Source of the DNA: Antedon mediterranea
Taxonomy: Eukaryota; Animalia; Echinodermata
NCBI RefSeq assembly: GCF_964355755.1
Contig: NC_092673.1
Coordinates: forward strand, 10,168,001 to 10,232,000
Reading direction: 5' to 3'
Length of the DNA stretch: 64,000 bases
Part shown: piece after piece, positions 1-13,036 of the stretch
Layout of the letters: every line of letters begins with the position of its first letter
How positions within the stretch are numbered: the first letter of the stretch is position 1
The notes under the pieces: generated by a model
The model's input: the letters and a program-made list of their open reading frames with translations, nothing else
What the model was told of the DNA's origin: nothing
Database searches by the model: none
Position numbers and translations under genes: made by a program

Positions 1-1526
1 AGTTTCATATGGTGATTTGCTCTCTCTACATCATCGCATTTCGAGACTGTCTGGTTGCGTCGGTGTATGATGGAGGAAACTGTGCACTTTATTGGCTTCA
101 TGGGTTTCACACAGAGATGTCGTTTTTGAGGTCAAAGTGTCTGAACTGTCATTTCTCTTGTTAGTTCCCACATGAACAATCACTCTTTCAACACCATGTT
201 TTACTGCAAGACGCTTGGCACAATGCGCGAGGTCTTCCATTTTTGGACCACGCATAGTGTGGCATATCACCTTTTTTTCAGTAGAATTATTTAATCGTTT
301 GGGACGAAGATGTTTAATCATTGAATCGCCAATAATCAGAACGTCAGCTGGAATTATGTAATCTTGAGTACTAGCAGTTTTATCAGCAATTTGTTGTGTG
401 TCGCTTAGTGCTTTATGTTTATTACGGTATTTATGAATCTGTAGTTGATAAGAATCAACTTTTCCAGTACTCTTCGTTACATCATTAGTAGGGCTAGTCG
501 TGTCCAATGCGTTATTTAGAGTGTCAATTAGCTGATCAGAATAAGTCCGAGAATCATCGATAACTTTACTGTCACAATTTGGTTCTACATTAGACCGATT
601 TTGTTTCGGGAGGTCCAATGAGGTCAGATGTATAGACTGTTCTTGAGGAGAGGAACATCTATCGTGCAGACCAAGTTGGGGACAGGTTTTATGTTGAGTA
701 ACACTATGCCCCTTCACAGTAATAAAGTCAGATGTGTCAATAGCAACTTGGGTTATTTTCGCATCTTTGGCTTTAGCAGCATCTTTATGAGCTGAGATAA
801 GTAGATCGTGTAGTTTTGTCACTTCCTTATCTTTTTGCTGCAACAGTTGTAAAGTATGCTGCAAATGTGTTACATCGGACTTAAGAGCTTCGAATTTAAT
901 ATTTATATTCTGTTTGAATTTTCTATTTTCTTGTAGGGATTTAACCTCTTTTTAAAATTCATTAAGCTCACGTCGAATATCTTTTACAGCTTCAAACAAA
1001 ATAGCACAATCATTGTTTTTAGCTAATAATTTATCTTTCAGGACTCTATTCTCATTTTCAGACATTTTAATTTTAAGTTCGAAGTTTTCTTTTAGAAAAT
1101 CAGATAGATTTGGAGAAGCTAATGAGTGATCAAAATGTGATTGAGTGCAAGCGGAATGGATGTTTTGGAGGTCATTTACATCAGTGGTTACCAGGTCATG
1201 TATTATGTATCATTACATTCAGTATCTATTTTGTTACTTTCAATAGCTGCATTTACTAAAGGTAGTTCCACTTCAGCATCATTGACTTTAGTTGCATCAG
1301 TACATTCTAAGTCATTGCACACCCCATTTTCGCTGAGATATTTTTCGGCTTTTTCAACACTAAAAAATGATTGGAATAAAGCTCCGTGATAGCCATCAGT
1401 GTTTGCTTGGCATTCCAGCCAGGATAAATATATACCTGGTTGTTTACCGACAGCAACAGCATAAACCTTTTTCTTTTTAGTTTTCTTAGATTTAATTAGT
1501 TTTTCAGCCATTTCTATGTGTTGCAT
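1..1526 (-). pseudogene. Decayed LINE (CR1/L2-like) ORF1-type gene: RNase H1 hybrid-binding (viroplasmin-like) domain, coiled coil, SGNH/GDSL esterase
   Basis: KKKVYAVAVGKQPGIYLSWLECQANTDGYHGALFQSFFSVEKAEKYL matches the RNase H1 N-terminal domain pattern. VLIIGDSMIKHL and VIVHVGTN are SGNH blocks I and III. ORFs 1203..1727 and 31..864 join through a frameshift near 1205 and a TAA at 954-952; a further frameshift near 90 restores VSSIIHR. Runs off the window edge. Confidence 0.72.
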
Positions 1527-1964
1527 TGTTGCATTAGCCACCTCGCTATGCAGTGGTATTTGTACGATTTCAATGGACAAAAGAAGACAATAGAAAGTAC
1601 TGTTGCCTAGCACAACGACGCCTCGCACTGATTGGCCGATTAGAAGGCAGAAAAGACGCGGTACGATCGTTTGAGGTCCCAGCAATGAAAAGGGCCAAAC
1701 TAACCCTGTATAGATCGTATGGTACAACTTTTTTTCCTATCCGTGGGCCTAGGCGTTGAAGGTCTAAATCACTTGGATCTAGCAATGGGTTCTGTAATAA
1801 AAAGTGTACTTTCCTTTTATATGAGTTCCTTGTTTATCACTATGAGTTCAACACCGAATAAAAGTCCAAATATTGTCAAATAATAACAACAATTAAGAGA
1901 TATCTTTCAAGTAGCGTACTGGTTGCGCTTCATTGTTCCTAGATTGCATTAACCAAATTTCTTC

Positions 1965-2469
1965 GATCTATCTCTCTCTCGCTGATCTATCTCTCTCTCG
2001 CTGATCTATCTGTCTCTCGCTGATCTATCTGTCTCTCGCTGATCTATCTGTCTCTCGCTTATCTATCTGTCTCTCGCTGATCTATCTGTCTCTCGCTGAT
2101 CTATCTCTCTCTCGCTGATCTATCTCTCTCTCGCTAATCTATCTGTCTCTCGCTGATCTATCTGTCTCTCGCTGATCTATCTCTCTCTCGCTGATTTATC
2201 TATCTCTCGCTGATCTATCTCTCTATCTGATCTATCTCTCTGTCGCCGATCTATCTGTCTTGCTGATCTATATCTCTTTCGCTGATCTATCTCTCTCTCT
2301 CTCTCGCTGATCTATCTCTCTCTCGCTGATCTATCTCTCTAGCTCATCTATCTCTCTCTCGCTGATATATCTCTCTCTCTCTCCCCGATCTATCTCTCTC
2401 TCTCGCTGATCTATCTCTCTCTCGCTGATCTATCTCTCTCTCACTGATCTATCTCTCTCGCTGATCTAT
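1965..2469 (-). repeat. Short minisatellite block (CTCGCTGATCTATCT)n, reverse complement of the 27-kb array
   Basis: Tandem ~19-bp units identical to the 21616-49025 unit but inverted. Confidence 0.95.
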
Positions 2470-5400
2470 AGCTTCAAACGGATTTGGAGACGTTTTAGAC
2501 CATTTTGTGCATTTCGATGAAACTTTTCACACAAAACATCAAAGTGCACAAAATAGCTTCAAATCGCATTTGGAGACGTTTTAGACCATTTTGTGCATTT
2601 CGATGAAACTTGGTTACACAAAAAAATCAAAGTGCTTAAAATCACATCTGAAACCATTTTAGACCATTTTGAGCATTTCTATAAAACTTTTACAAAAAAT
2701 GTTTTAAACCATTTTGTGCATTTCGATGAAACTTGATTACAAAAAAACATCAAAGTGCTTCAAATCACATTTGAAACCGTTTTAGAACATTTTGAGCATT
2801 TCGAAAAAACTTGTTAACATAAAAACACCAAAGTGCTTAGAATAGCTTCAAAACGGATTTGGAGACGTTTTAGACAATTTTGTGCATTTCGTTAAAACTT
2901 TTCACACAAAAACATCAAAGTGCATACAATAGCTTAATATCGTATTTGGAGACGTTTTAGACCATTTTGTGCATTTCGATGAAACTTTTAACACAAAACA
3001 TCAAAGTGCACAAAATAGCTTCAAATCGCATTTGGAGACGTTTTAGACCATTTTGTGCATTTCGATGAAACTTTTCACACAAAAACAACAAAGTGCATAC
3101 AATAGCTTAATATCGTATTTGGAGACGTTTTAGACCATTTTGTGCATTTCGATGAAACTTTTCACACAAAACCATCTAATTGCACAAAATAGCTTCAAAT
3201 CGCATTTTGAGACGTTTTAGACCATTTTGTGCATTTCGATGAAACTTTTCACACAAAAACAACAAAGTGCATACAATAGCTTAATATCGTATTTGGAGAC
3301 GTTTTAGACCATTTTGTGCATTTCGATGAAACTTTTCACACAAAAACATCAAAGTGCACAAAATAGCTTCAAATCGCATTTGGAGACGTTTTAGACCATT
3401 TTGTGCATTTCGATGAAACTTGGTTACACAAAAAAATCAAAGTGCTTAAAATCACATCTGAAACCATTTTAGACCATTTTGAGCATTTCTATAAAACTTT
3501 TACAAAAAATGTTTTAAACCATTTTGTGCATTTCGATGAAACTTGATTACAAAAAAACATCAAAGTGCTTAAAATCACATTTGAAACCGTTTTAGAACAT
3601 TTTGAGCATTTCGAAAAAACTTGTTAACATAAAAACACCAAATTGCTTAGAATAGCTTCAAAACGGATTTGGAGACGTTTTAGACAATTTTGTGCATTTC
3701 GTTAAAACTTTTCACACAAAAACATCAAAGTGCATACAATAGCTTAATATCGTATTTGGAGACGTTTTAGACCATTTTGTGCATTTCGATGAAACTTTTA
3801 ACACAAAACATCAAAGTGCACAAAATAGCTTCAAATCGCAGTTGGAGACGTTTTAGACCATTTTGTGCATTTCGATGAAACTTTTCACACAAAAACAACA
3901 AAGTGCATACAATAGCTTAATATCGTATTTGGAGACGTTTTAGACCATTTTGTGCATTTCGATGAAACTTTTCACAAAAAAAACATTAAAGTCCACAAAA
4001 TAGCTTCAAATCGCATTTGGAGACGTTTTAGACCATTTTGTGCATTTCGATGAAACTTGATTACACAAAACATCAAAGTGCACAAAATAGCCTCAAATCG
4101 CATTTGCAGACGTTTTAGACCATTTTGTGCATTTCGATGAAATTTGATTACACAAAAACATCAAAGTGCTTAAAATCACATTTGAAACCGTTTTAGACCA
4201 TTTTGAGTATTTCGATAAAACTTTTCACACAAAAACATCAAAATACATACAATAGCTTAATATCGTATTTGGAGACGTTTTAGACAATTTTGTGCATTTC
4301 GATGAGACTTTTCACACAAAAACATCAATGTGCATACAACAGCTTATTATCGTATTTGGAGACGTTTTTGACCATTTTGTGCATTTCGATGAACCTTTTC
4401 ACACAAAACCATCAAAGTGCACAAAATAGCTTCAAATCGCATTTGGAGACTTTTTAGACCATTTTGTGCATTTCGATGAAACTTGATTACACAAAAATAT
4501 CAAAGTGCTTAAAATCACATTTGAAACCGTTTCATACCATTTTGAGCATTTCTATAAAACTTTTCACACAAAACATTAAAGTGCACAAAATAGCTTTAAA
4601 TCGCATTTGGAGACGTTTTAGATTTTTTTCTGCATTTCAATGAAACATGGTTACACAAAAACATCAAAGTGCTTAAAATCACATTTGAAACAGTTTTAGA
4701 CCATTTCAAGCATTTCTATAAAACTTTTGACACAAAAACATCAAAATACATTCAATAGCTTATTATCGTATTTGGAGACGTTTAGACGATTTTGAGCATT
4801 TCGATGAAACTTTTCACAGAAAAACAACAAAGTTGCCAACATACAATAGTTTAATATCGTATTCGGAGACGTTTTAGACCATTTTGTGCATTTCTATGAA
4901 ACTTTTCACACAAAAACATCAAAGTGCATAAAATAGCTTAATATCGTATTTGGAGACGTTTTAGACCATTTTGTGCATTTCGATGAAACTTTTCACACAA
5001 AACATCAAAGTGCACAAAATAGCTTCAAATCGCATTTGGAGACGTTTTAGACCATTTTGTGCATTTCGATGAAACTTGGTTACACAAAAACATCAAAGTG
5101 CTTAAAATCACATCTGAAACCATTTTAGACCATTTTGAGCATTTCTATAAAACTTTTACAAAAAACGTTTTAGACCATTTTGTGCATTTCGATGAAACTT
5201 GATTACAATAAAACATCAAAGTGCTTAAAATCACCTTTGAAACCGTTTTAGAACATTTTGAACATTTCGAAAAAACTTGTTAACATAAAAACACCAAAGT
5301 GCTTAGAATAGCTTCAAAACGGATTTGGAGACGTTTTAGACAATTTTGTGCATTTCGTTAAAACTTTTCACACAAAAACATCAAAGTGCATACAATAGCT

Positions 5401-6086
5401 TAATATCGTATTTGGAGACGTTTTAGACCATTTTGTGCATTTCGATGAAACTTTTAACACAAAATATCAAAGTGCACAAAATAGCTTCAAATCGCATTTG
5501 GAGACGTTTTAGACCATTTTGTGCATTTCGATGAAACTTTTCACACAAAAACAACAAAGTGCATACAATAGCTTAATATCGTATTTGGAGACGTTTTAGA
5601 CCATTTTGTGCATTTCGATGAAACTTTTCACACAAAACCATCAAATTGCACAAAATAGCTTCAAATCGCATTTTGAGACGTTTTAGACCATTTTGTGCAT
5701 TTCGATGAAACTTTTCACACAAAAACAACAAAGTGCATACAATAGCTTATTATCGTATTTGGAGACGTTTTAGACAATTTTGTGCATTTCGATGAAACTT
5801 TTCACATAAAACAACAAAGTGTACAATATAGCTTCAAATCGCATTTGGAGACGTTTTAGACCATTTTGTGCGTTTCATTACACAAAACATCAAAGTGCAC
5901 AAAATAGCTTCAAATCGCATTTGGAGACGTTTTAGACCATTTTGTGCATTTCGAAAAAACTTGGTAACATAAAAAAACACCAAAGTGCTTAGAATAGCTT
6001 CAAAACGGATTTAGTGACGTTTTAGACCATTTTGTGCATTTCGATGAGACTTTCCACACAAAAACATCAATGTGCATACAACAGCT
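2470..6086 (+). repeat. AT-rich satellite DNA, ~86-87 bp monomer (left arm)
   Basis: GGAGACGTTTTAGACCATTTTGTGCATTTCGATGAAAC recurs, e.g. at 2486 and 2572; shorter variant monomers are also present. Confidence 0.95.
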
Positions 6087-6233
6087 TTTTGACACATGTG
6101 AGCCCGATAAACAAAAACAAGGAAACAAGTATTGGTTGTAAAGTTATTTAATATGAATGGCAAGTCATCGTTGCAGCATGCACGTAAAAGGAAAACATAA
6201 AAAAGGAACATTGGGATGCTCTGAAAGGGCCAA
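6087..6233 (-). repeat. Split direct repeat B2 (147 bp)
   Basis: Identical by eye to 6413-6559. Confidence 0.92.
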
Positions 6234-6289
6234 AACACATGTCTCAAAATCGTAATTGAAAACAAAATAAAGAGGGAGTGGAGGGAGGG

Positions 6290-6412
6290 AAGTGAAAATT
6301 ATTTTACTTAGCCAAAAACGTGGCGTGGTAATCTGTTGACAGCGTGAGGTGAAGAGGATGAGATGCTCACGCTGTCAAAAGATGATTGCGAGGGCGCCCC
6401 GCAATCACGTGA
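6290..6412 (-). repeat. Split direct repeat A2 (123 bp)
   Basis: Matches 13037-13158 apart from a 1-bp indel; abuts B1 directly. Confidence 0.92.
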
Positions 6413-6559
6413 TTTTGACACATGTGAGCCCGATAAACAAAAACAAGGAAACAAGTATTGGTTGTAAAGTTATTTAATATGAATGGCAAGTCATCGTTGC
6501 AGCATGCACGTAAAAGGAAAACATAAAAAAGGAACATTGGGATGCTCTGAAAGGGCCAA
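6413..6559 (-). repeat. Split direct repeat B1 (147 bp)
   Basis: Identical by eye to 6087-6233. Confidence 0.92.
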
Positions 6560-6639
6560 CACAGTTGGCAACGAAGGGGCTAACGAAGCAGCCCAAATTA
6601 AGTGCAGGTAGAATCGATGACAAGCCATTCAGATGATGG

Positions 6640-7080
6640 TGCAACATATGTTGACACCCAGAACGTATAGAAACTATCTACATAGTCTACCTGGAGCAAC
6701 ATGTGTTGACTCCAGTACCCGGTTGACCATTAGCGCCTGATAGGTGGAGCAACCAAATATTGACATCGAAAAACGTATAGAAACACCTACATTAGTCTAC
6801 CTGGAGCAACATGTGTTGACTCCAGTACATGTTTAAACATTTTTAATTAGGTAGGCAGTGTAATCAAATGTTGGCACCGAAAAACGTATAGAAACAATCT
6901 ACATTAGTCTGCCTGGGGCAACATGTGTTGACTCCAGTACGCGTTTGAGAATTGAGTTTAATAAACGGTGCAACACCGAAAACATATAAATAACTTATTA
7001 GTCTACCTGGAGCAACGTGTTGACTCCGATTGAACATAATATGATTATAATTGGCGGTGCAACCTATGCTGTCACCGAAA
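6640..7080. repeat. ~110-bp tandem repeat (about 4 copies) in the retroelement 3' non-coding region
   Basis: TAGTCTACCTGGAGCAACATGTGTTGACTCCAG core near 6684, 6794, 6905 and 6999. Confidence 0.85.
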
Positions 7081-7199
7081 GAAAACAAAAATAAAATAAG
7101 TAAAACGATATACAGAAAAAATAAGTATCAAACTTTGTTTAAGCTTGACGCTTAATACCCAGTCATGCTTAGGAAATATGCCAACCAGCCAGCACCCAT

Positions 7200-7880
7200 A
7201 TTTACAACGCTGTATTTGACAAAGTTATGTGGTTCGATCATCGTCCAAAAATCAAAATGTCTTGGTGAGAGTGTCAAGGTTGGTGAAGGTCGGTAGCTCG
7301 ACCGATTCTGAAAGAATGAGTGTTAAACTGTGTATGTTCCAGACTAGCATGGCGAGCTAATTGTTTATAGCATTAGTGTGTGTTCTGCGGCCTTGGAGAC
7401 TACTGCTTCACTGGCTCTGAGGCATGCGAAGTAACATATTATGAACAAGGCTCTGTATAGGATGAATTCGTATTTGGATTTCATGCTACCTCGCATATGT
7501 CCAATTAGCGTTACAAGAATGTCGGAAGTGACCGGCGGTCTGATCGGTTTGGATGGAGAGTTCGTTTTTTGTTTCGCTACTCCTCTGCATAAATTGCTGA
7601 CTGCTGGATTTGCGGTAAGGTCTTCCATAAATGATACCCTGTGCACGAATGACACTGGGCTAAGGTAGTTTCGAATCGTGGAAATCGCCAGTGCATTTTT
7701 AGTCAGCTTACTTACATAGAGAACAATTGTCTGTGGAGTCGCTGGTAGCGGAAGGCTTAGTGATTTCCCGAATTGGTTAAAATGGTGCCATTTGCTTTTA
7801 TAGTTACTAGCGGTTCATTTACTTAATGAGTTCCACATTAGCTCTCGTGTGAGGATCTTGAGTTGTTTAGTGGTTCGAAG
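7200..7880 (-). pseudogene. Tyrosine recombinase of the retroelement, internally deleted
   Basis: STIRNYLS; RPPVT; YFACLRASE (box I Arg); FNTHSFRIGRAT (HxxR); GR*S in place of GRWS. Contains stops and a deletion between boxes I and II. Confidence 0.88.
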
Positions 7881-9200
7881 TAGATTGGTTGTAAGTGCTT
7901 TGGTATCTTTAGCGGTGTGCGGTTCATACTGTGCTCCTCTAGCATGGCCTCCGTTTCCTGAAAACGAGAAAGAGCGTCACATATCCTGTTTTGCTTACCA
8001 GGGATGTGCCTGGCTGTAAACTGAATGTTGTTTAGTAGTAACAAAAGGACGATAGCGCGAACCACTCTCATGACCTTTTCGTTTGATGACAATTTTTTGT
8101 TAAGCACATATACATCAGCTAGGTTATCACAGTGGAAAACTACATGGGTGTTGGCTAGCTGTTTTGCAAAAATCGAAAGCATGACATAGATGGGGTAAAT
8201 TTCGAGAACCATGATGTCGAACATTTTCCAAGTTTCCGGCCAGTGGCCTTGAATCCAGAACTTTTGGAAGGTCGCACCAAGTGCGGTTTTTGAGGCATCA
8301 GAGGAGAAATGTAAACGCTGCGAGTCAAATTTTTGTGGGGGTGAAAAATGGTAACGCCATTGTGTTTGCTAAGAAAGTCGGCCCAAATTTGGAGATCCTC
8401 CTTTGCTGAGTCAGAAAGGTGAATAGTTGAAAAGGGGTTAGTTAGACCGGCCGTTAGGGCATTAAGCCTTCTTAGGAACGCCAGTCCAGAGGGTATAACC
8501 CAGGTGGCAAATTGTAGCTTTTCAAAGAGATTGGGGGGCTCTCAATGTAGTTCAGTGAAGTTTTGAACTTTAAAGGGAGTAACGTAATTTTATTATCTCA
8601 GATGGAAGCCTGTCTTACATTTTCTGTAAATCAAGTTCAATACCCAGGAAGGAAATGGTGGTGGTGGGTGAAATTGTTTTGTGCGGTGCTAGAGGTATGC
8701 CACCGCGGTCAGCAAGCGCCTTGGATATCTTCAAGGAGTTCGCACACAGTTGGTGTGTGTCTTCAATGACGAGGATATCGTCTAATATTTTCACGTTATT
8801 GGGCTGTTTTAACTTTTTTATAAGGAAAAATTTCACTCCGTCAGAAAACTTATTGAATATTTGCCACGAAGATCCGCCGCCTTGGGGAAGCGTTTTATCG
8901 TAGTAATACTGGCCTAACCACGTGAAACCTGTGAGGTGATATTGGCATGGCCTCCGTTTCCTGAGTGGGATGTAAATGTATTAGTCTGTATGCGTCACTG
9001 GTGTCCGTCTTGGCCATGAATGCCGGGTGATTGTGTATGTCAATTATGTCTATTGCGTTGGCAATTGTTTCGTAATGAACTGTTATGCAAAACCCAGGGA
9101 TGTTGTGATTGACAGCGTTTGAGTCGTAGGGATAGGAGAGGTTGTGGAGGATACGACATTTTTCAGGTACGGAATTTCCGGAAGGTTGTTGATGATAGCT
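7838..9200 (-). pseudogene. Reverse transcriptase / RNase H of the retroelement, frameshifted
   Basis: KCRILHNLSYP; MAKTDTSDAYRLI; YDKTLPQG; ILDDILV; FLGIELD; SSDAS; LEIYPI; FHCDN; HIPGKQNRICDALSR. Confidence 0.9.
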
Positions 9201-9249
9201 TGGGAGTTAGTTGCTGTAAAAGCAGCCCCATGTAAGGTAGAAGCCATGA

Positions 9250-10030
9250 GCGAAACATAGGGTTAAGTAAGCGTGGTGTTTGTAACCAGATAGGAGTGCG
9301 CTTATTCTAGTGGGAATTATTGGGATCCCGAGCACTGAAAAACGAGTGGCGATACTGACAGTTTGTCTGGACACATCTATTGAATCTGTTATGGTAGGAG
9401 GAGCCGAGTGGACGCTCCACGGTTGGATGGGTTAGAGGTTTATGGTTAGCTCGTTGCGTCTAGTTTATGCAGGAGGTCGGCTCGAACCGATGACCAAGAG
9501 CAAAGTGTGTACTCAGTAGCCATTCGAAATTATCAGTCGTAAAAGTACCATTAATTTGGATGACTGCGCATGAGGTATTTAATATACTTAAAATAATTAA
9601 GATGTCCTGCGTATATTTACTTAAATAAAATTGTGGCAAAGTCGTGAAAGGCCTAGTGCCAGTTGTGTTCGTTTAAGATGCGGCATTTGGGCTTAGGCAC
9701 AAGTTCAAAGGTACCAGTGAACGTTGGCGTCAAAGCTTCCGCTGCGCTGTTGAAGTCGAGCAGATTGTGCAGCTCGATGAATTTGTGGGAGATTATTTTC
9801 TCTTTAAGTTTTTGACAAGGTAGGGGGTTTGAGGAAGAGAGCTGCCGGTAGGTTCGGCTTAGCGACATTAATCTCAACCACAAAAGTTACCAGGGTTTCG
9901 ACGATATGCCTCATGTCCTTTAATTCTTATTTATGTCAAATTCAGGTACTGGCACAATTCTTTTTTTTTTTTTTTTTTGGTGCCGTATTTTTTACCTCTT
10001 GTTAGTTCTTTTCCGTCCTGACATGGTGTA
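9250..10030 (-). pseudogene. Gag-like ORF1 remnant of the retroelement
   Basis: KLKEKIISHKFIELHNLL resembles DIRS-order gag; Cys/His knuckle remnant NRCVQTNCQYRH near 9345-9385; multiple frameshifts. Confidence 0.6.
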
Positions 10031-10189
10031 TCTGTAAGAAAATCGTTGTGCAATTAGGACGGAAAGGAAAGAAAAATGTGTGTGGACAGATATCATCAAG
10101 TTGCAGGGGAAAAGGGGCCCTGCAACCATGTTAAAGGAGGGAAAAAAAAAAAGATTGGAGACAAAAGTCAGCATTGGGGTAGAGAATGA

Positions 10190-12310
10190 AACCAGCATGA
10201 GTCATTTAAAGAAATGCTGTACTTAGAGGAGGGTGATAAGACACCACCGCCGTATGGGGTGATAGTAGGGGGACCAGCATGAGTCATATAACCAGCATGA
10301 GTCATATAATGAATGCTGTACTTAAGAGCATGAGTGATAAAACACCGCCGTATGTGGGGGTAGTTAATGAACCAGCATAAGTAATTATGCGGTGGTAGTA
10401 GGGAAACCAGCATGAGTCATATAATGAATGCTGTACTTAAGAGCATGAGTGATAAAAACACCGCCGTATGTGGGGTGGGTAATGAACCAGCATAAGAAAT
10501 CATGTGGTGGTAGTAGGGTTAATGAACCAGCATAAGTAATTATGTGGTGGTAATAGGGGAACCAGCATGAGTCATAATATAATGAATGAACCAGCATAAG
10601 AAATTATGTGGTGGTAGTAGTCATATAATGGTAAACCAGCATAAGAAATTATGTGGTGGCAGTAGTCATATAATGGTAAACCAGCATAAGAAATTATGTG
10701 GTGGTAGTAGTCATATAATGGTGAACCAGCATAAGAAATTATGTGGTGGTAGTAGTCATATAATGGTAAACCAGCATAAGAAATTATGTGGTGGTAGTAG
10801 TCATATAATGGTAAACCAGCATAAGAAATTATGTGGTGGTAGTAGTCATATAATGGTGAACCAGCATAAGAAATTATGTGGTGGTAGTAGTCATATAATG
10901 GTAAACCAGCATAAGAAATTATGTGGTGGTAGTAGTCATATAATGTTAAACCAGCATAAGAAATTATGTGGTGGTAGTAGTCATATAATGGTAAACCAGC
11001 ATAAGAAATTATGTGGTGGTAGTAGTCATATAATGGTGAACCAGCATAAGAAATTATGTGGTGGTAGTAGTCATATAATGGTAAACCAGCATAAGAAATT
11101 ATGTGGTGGTAGTAGTCATATAATGGTGAACCAGCATAAGAAATTATGTGGTGGTAGTAGTCATATAATGGTAAACCAGCATAAGAAATTATGTGGTGGT
11201 AGTAGTCATATAATGGTGAACCAGCATAAGAAATTATGTGGTGGTAGTAGTCATATAATGGTAAACCAGCATAAGAAATTATGTGGTGGTAGTAGTCATA
11301 TAATGGTGAACCAGCATAAGAAATTATGTGGTGGTAGTAGTCATATAATGGTAAACTAGCATAAGAAATTATGTGGTGGTAGTAGTCATATAATGGTGAA
11401 CCAGCATAAGAAATTATGTGGTGGTAGTAGTCATATAATGGTAAACCAGCATAAGAAATTATGTGGTGGTAGTATTCATATAATGGTAAACCAGCATAAG
11501 AAATTATGTGGTGGTAGTATTCATATAATGGTGAACCAGCATAAGAAATTATTTGGTGGTAGTAGTCATATAATGGTAAACCAGCATAAGAAATTATGTG
11601 GTGGTAGTATTCATATAATGGTGAACCAGCATAAGAAATTATGTGGTGGTAGTAGTGAAACCAGCATGAGTCATATAACCAGCATGAGTCATATAAAGAA
11701 TGCTGTACTTAAGGGCATGAGTGATAAAACACCGCCGTATGTGGAGGTAGGTAATGAACCAGCATAAGAAATTATGTGGTGGTAGAAGGGTTAATGAACC
11801 AGCATAAGAAATTATGTGGTGGTAGTAGTGAAACCAGCATGAGTCATAAAATGAATGCTGTACTTAAGAGCATGAGTGATAAAACACCGCCGTATGTGGG
11901 GGTAGTAAATGAACCAGCATAAGTAATTATGTGGTGGTAGTATGGGAACCAGCATGAGTCATAATGAATGCTGTACGTAAGAGGATGAGTGATAAAACAC
12001 CGGCGTATGTCGGCGTATGAACCAGCATAAGCAATTTATGTGGTGGTAGTATAGGAACCAGCATGAGTCATATAATGAATGCTGTACTTAAGAGGATGAG
12101 TGATAAAACACCGGCGTATGTCGGCGTATGAACCAGCATAAGTCAATTATGTGGTGGTAGAATAGGAACCAGCATCATATCGTCATAATGAATGCTGTAC
12201 TTGGGGAAACTAGCATGAGTCATAATGAATGCTGTACTTTGGAAACCAGCATGTGTCTTAATATAATGAATGATGTACTTAGGGAACCAGCATGAGTCAT
12301 AAGATGAATG
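10190..12310. repeat. Tandem repeat expansion inside the retroelement: 45-bp core array (10586-11655) flanked by composite longer units
   Basis: AACCAGCATAAGAAATTATGTGGTGGTAGTAGTCATATAATGGT(A/G) repeated more than 20 times, near-identical. Confidence 0.95.
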
Positions 12311-13036
12311 CTATACAAACTATAAACCATTCAGATTTGTGCAAAATATTTGCCAGTTTAGCGTAGCATCAAGAAAGAAAAACAACAAGTTATTATTTAT
12401 TTCTTTTGGATGTAAAACAATGGGAAAATAATAAATGGTGTCAACAGTGTATTGCCTGGCATTTTGTTTTGTTTATTCTGTTTAATTATGTATTTTTTTT
12501 CCTCTAAAATCCGGTTCCGGATTGTCCACAGTGACTGCAGTAGTAGTAACAGATAATAAGATTGTTGTTATTTAATGGCATAACTTAGCATAAGAGGCTT
12601 CGTGTATGAAAGCAGACCTTACTTTTTAACTAGGTCATTCGATCCGAGGTCGATTATCAAAAATCTGGCTTGAATGTTGCCACTTGATTTACAAAATTAG
12701 TTAGGTCGTTTATCTTTAGGCCGGGCACCCCCCAAAGAACAGTACAGTATTATCATAGTGATGACTGATTCGGAAGTCAGGCAAAGGTTGATGTGAACCA
12801 AGTATGGAGTCGGACGAATTACCCAAGCCGTGTTGGAAAGCGAGGCTTTCGCTCAAACCGGAAACGAATGAGTTGAGCCTAGTAGGACACAACCAGACAA
12901 CAAAATTACAGTAAAGTACAAAAAATCGAACAGAATGGGGGTAAAATAAGGTGTTAGATAAATTCCAGTCAAAGAAAATTGTGTGAGTTCACACAGCCTA
13001 TAAGTGTATGAGGATAAAATGAACTGGTAAATGTAA

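Noticed and set aside
10586-11767. 257-aa and 124-aa repetitive ORFs (NQHKKLCGGSSHIMV)n
   Set aside because: By-product of a 45-bp repeat lacking stops; antisense to the retroelement; one unit carries a stop.
10190-12310. CRISPR-like appearance of the regular repeats (also 6640-7080)
   Set aside because: No unique spacers of constant length, no cas genes, eukaryotic context.
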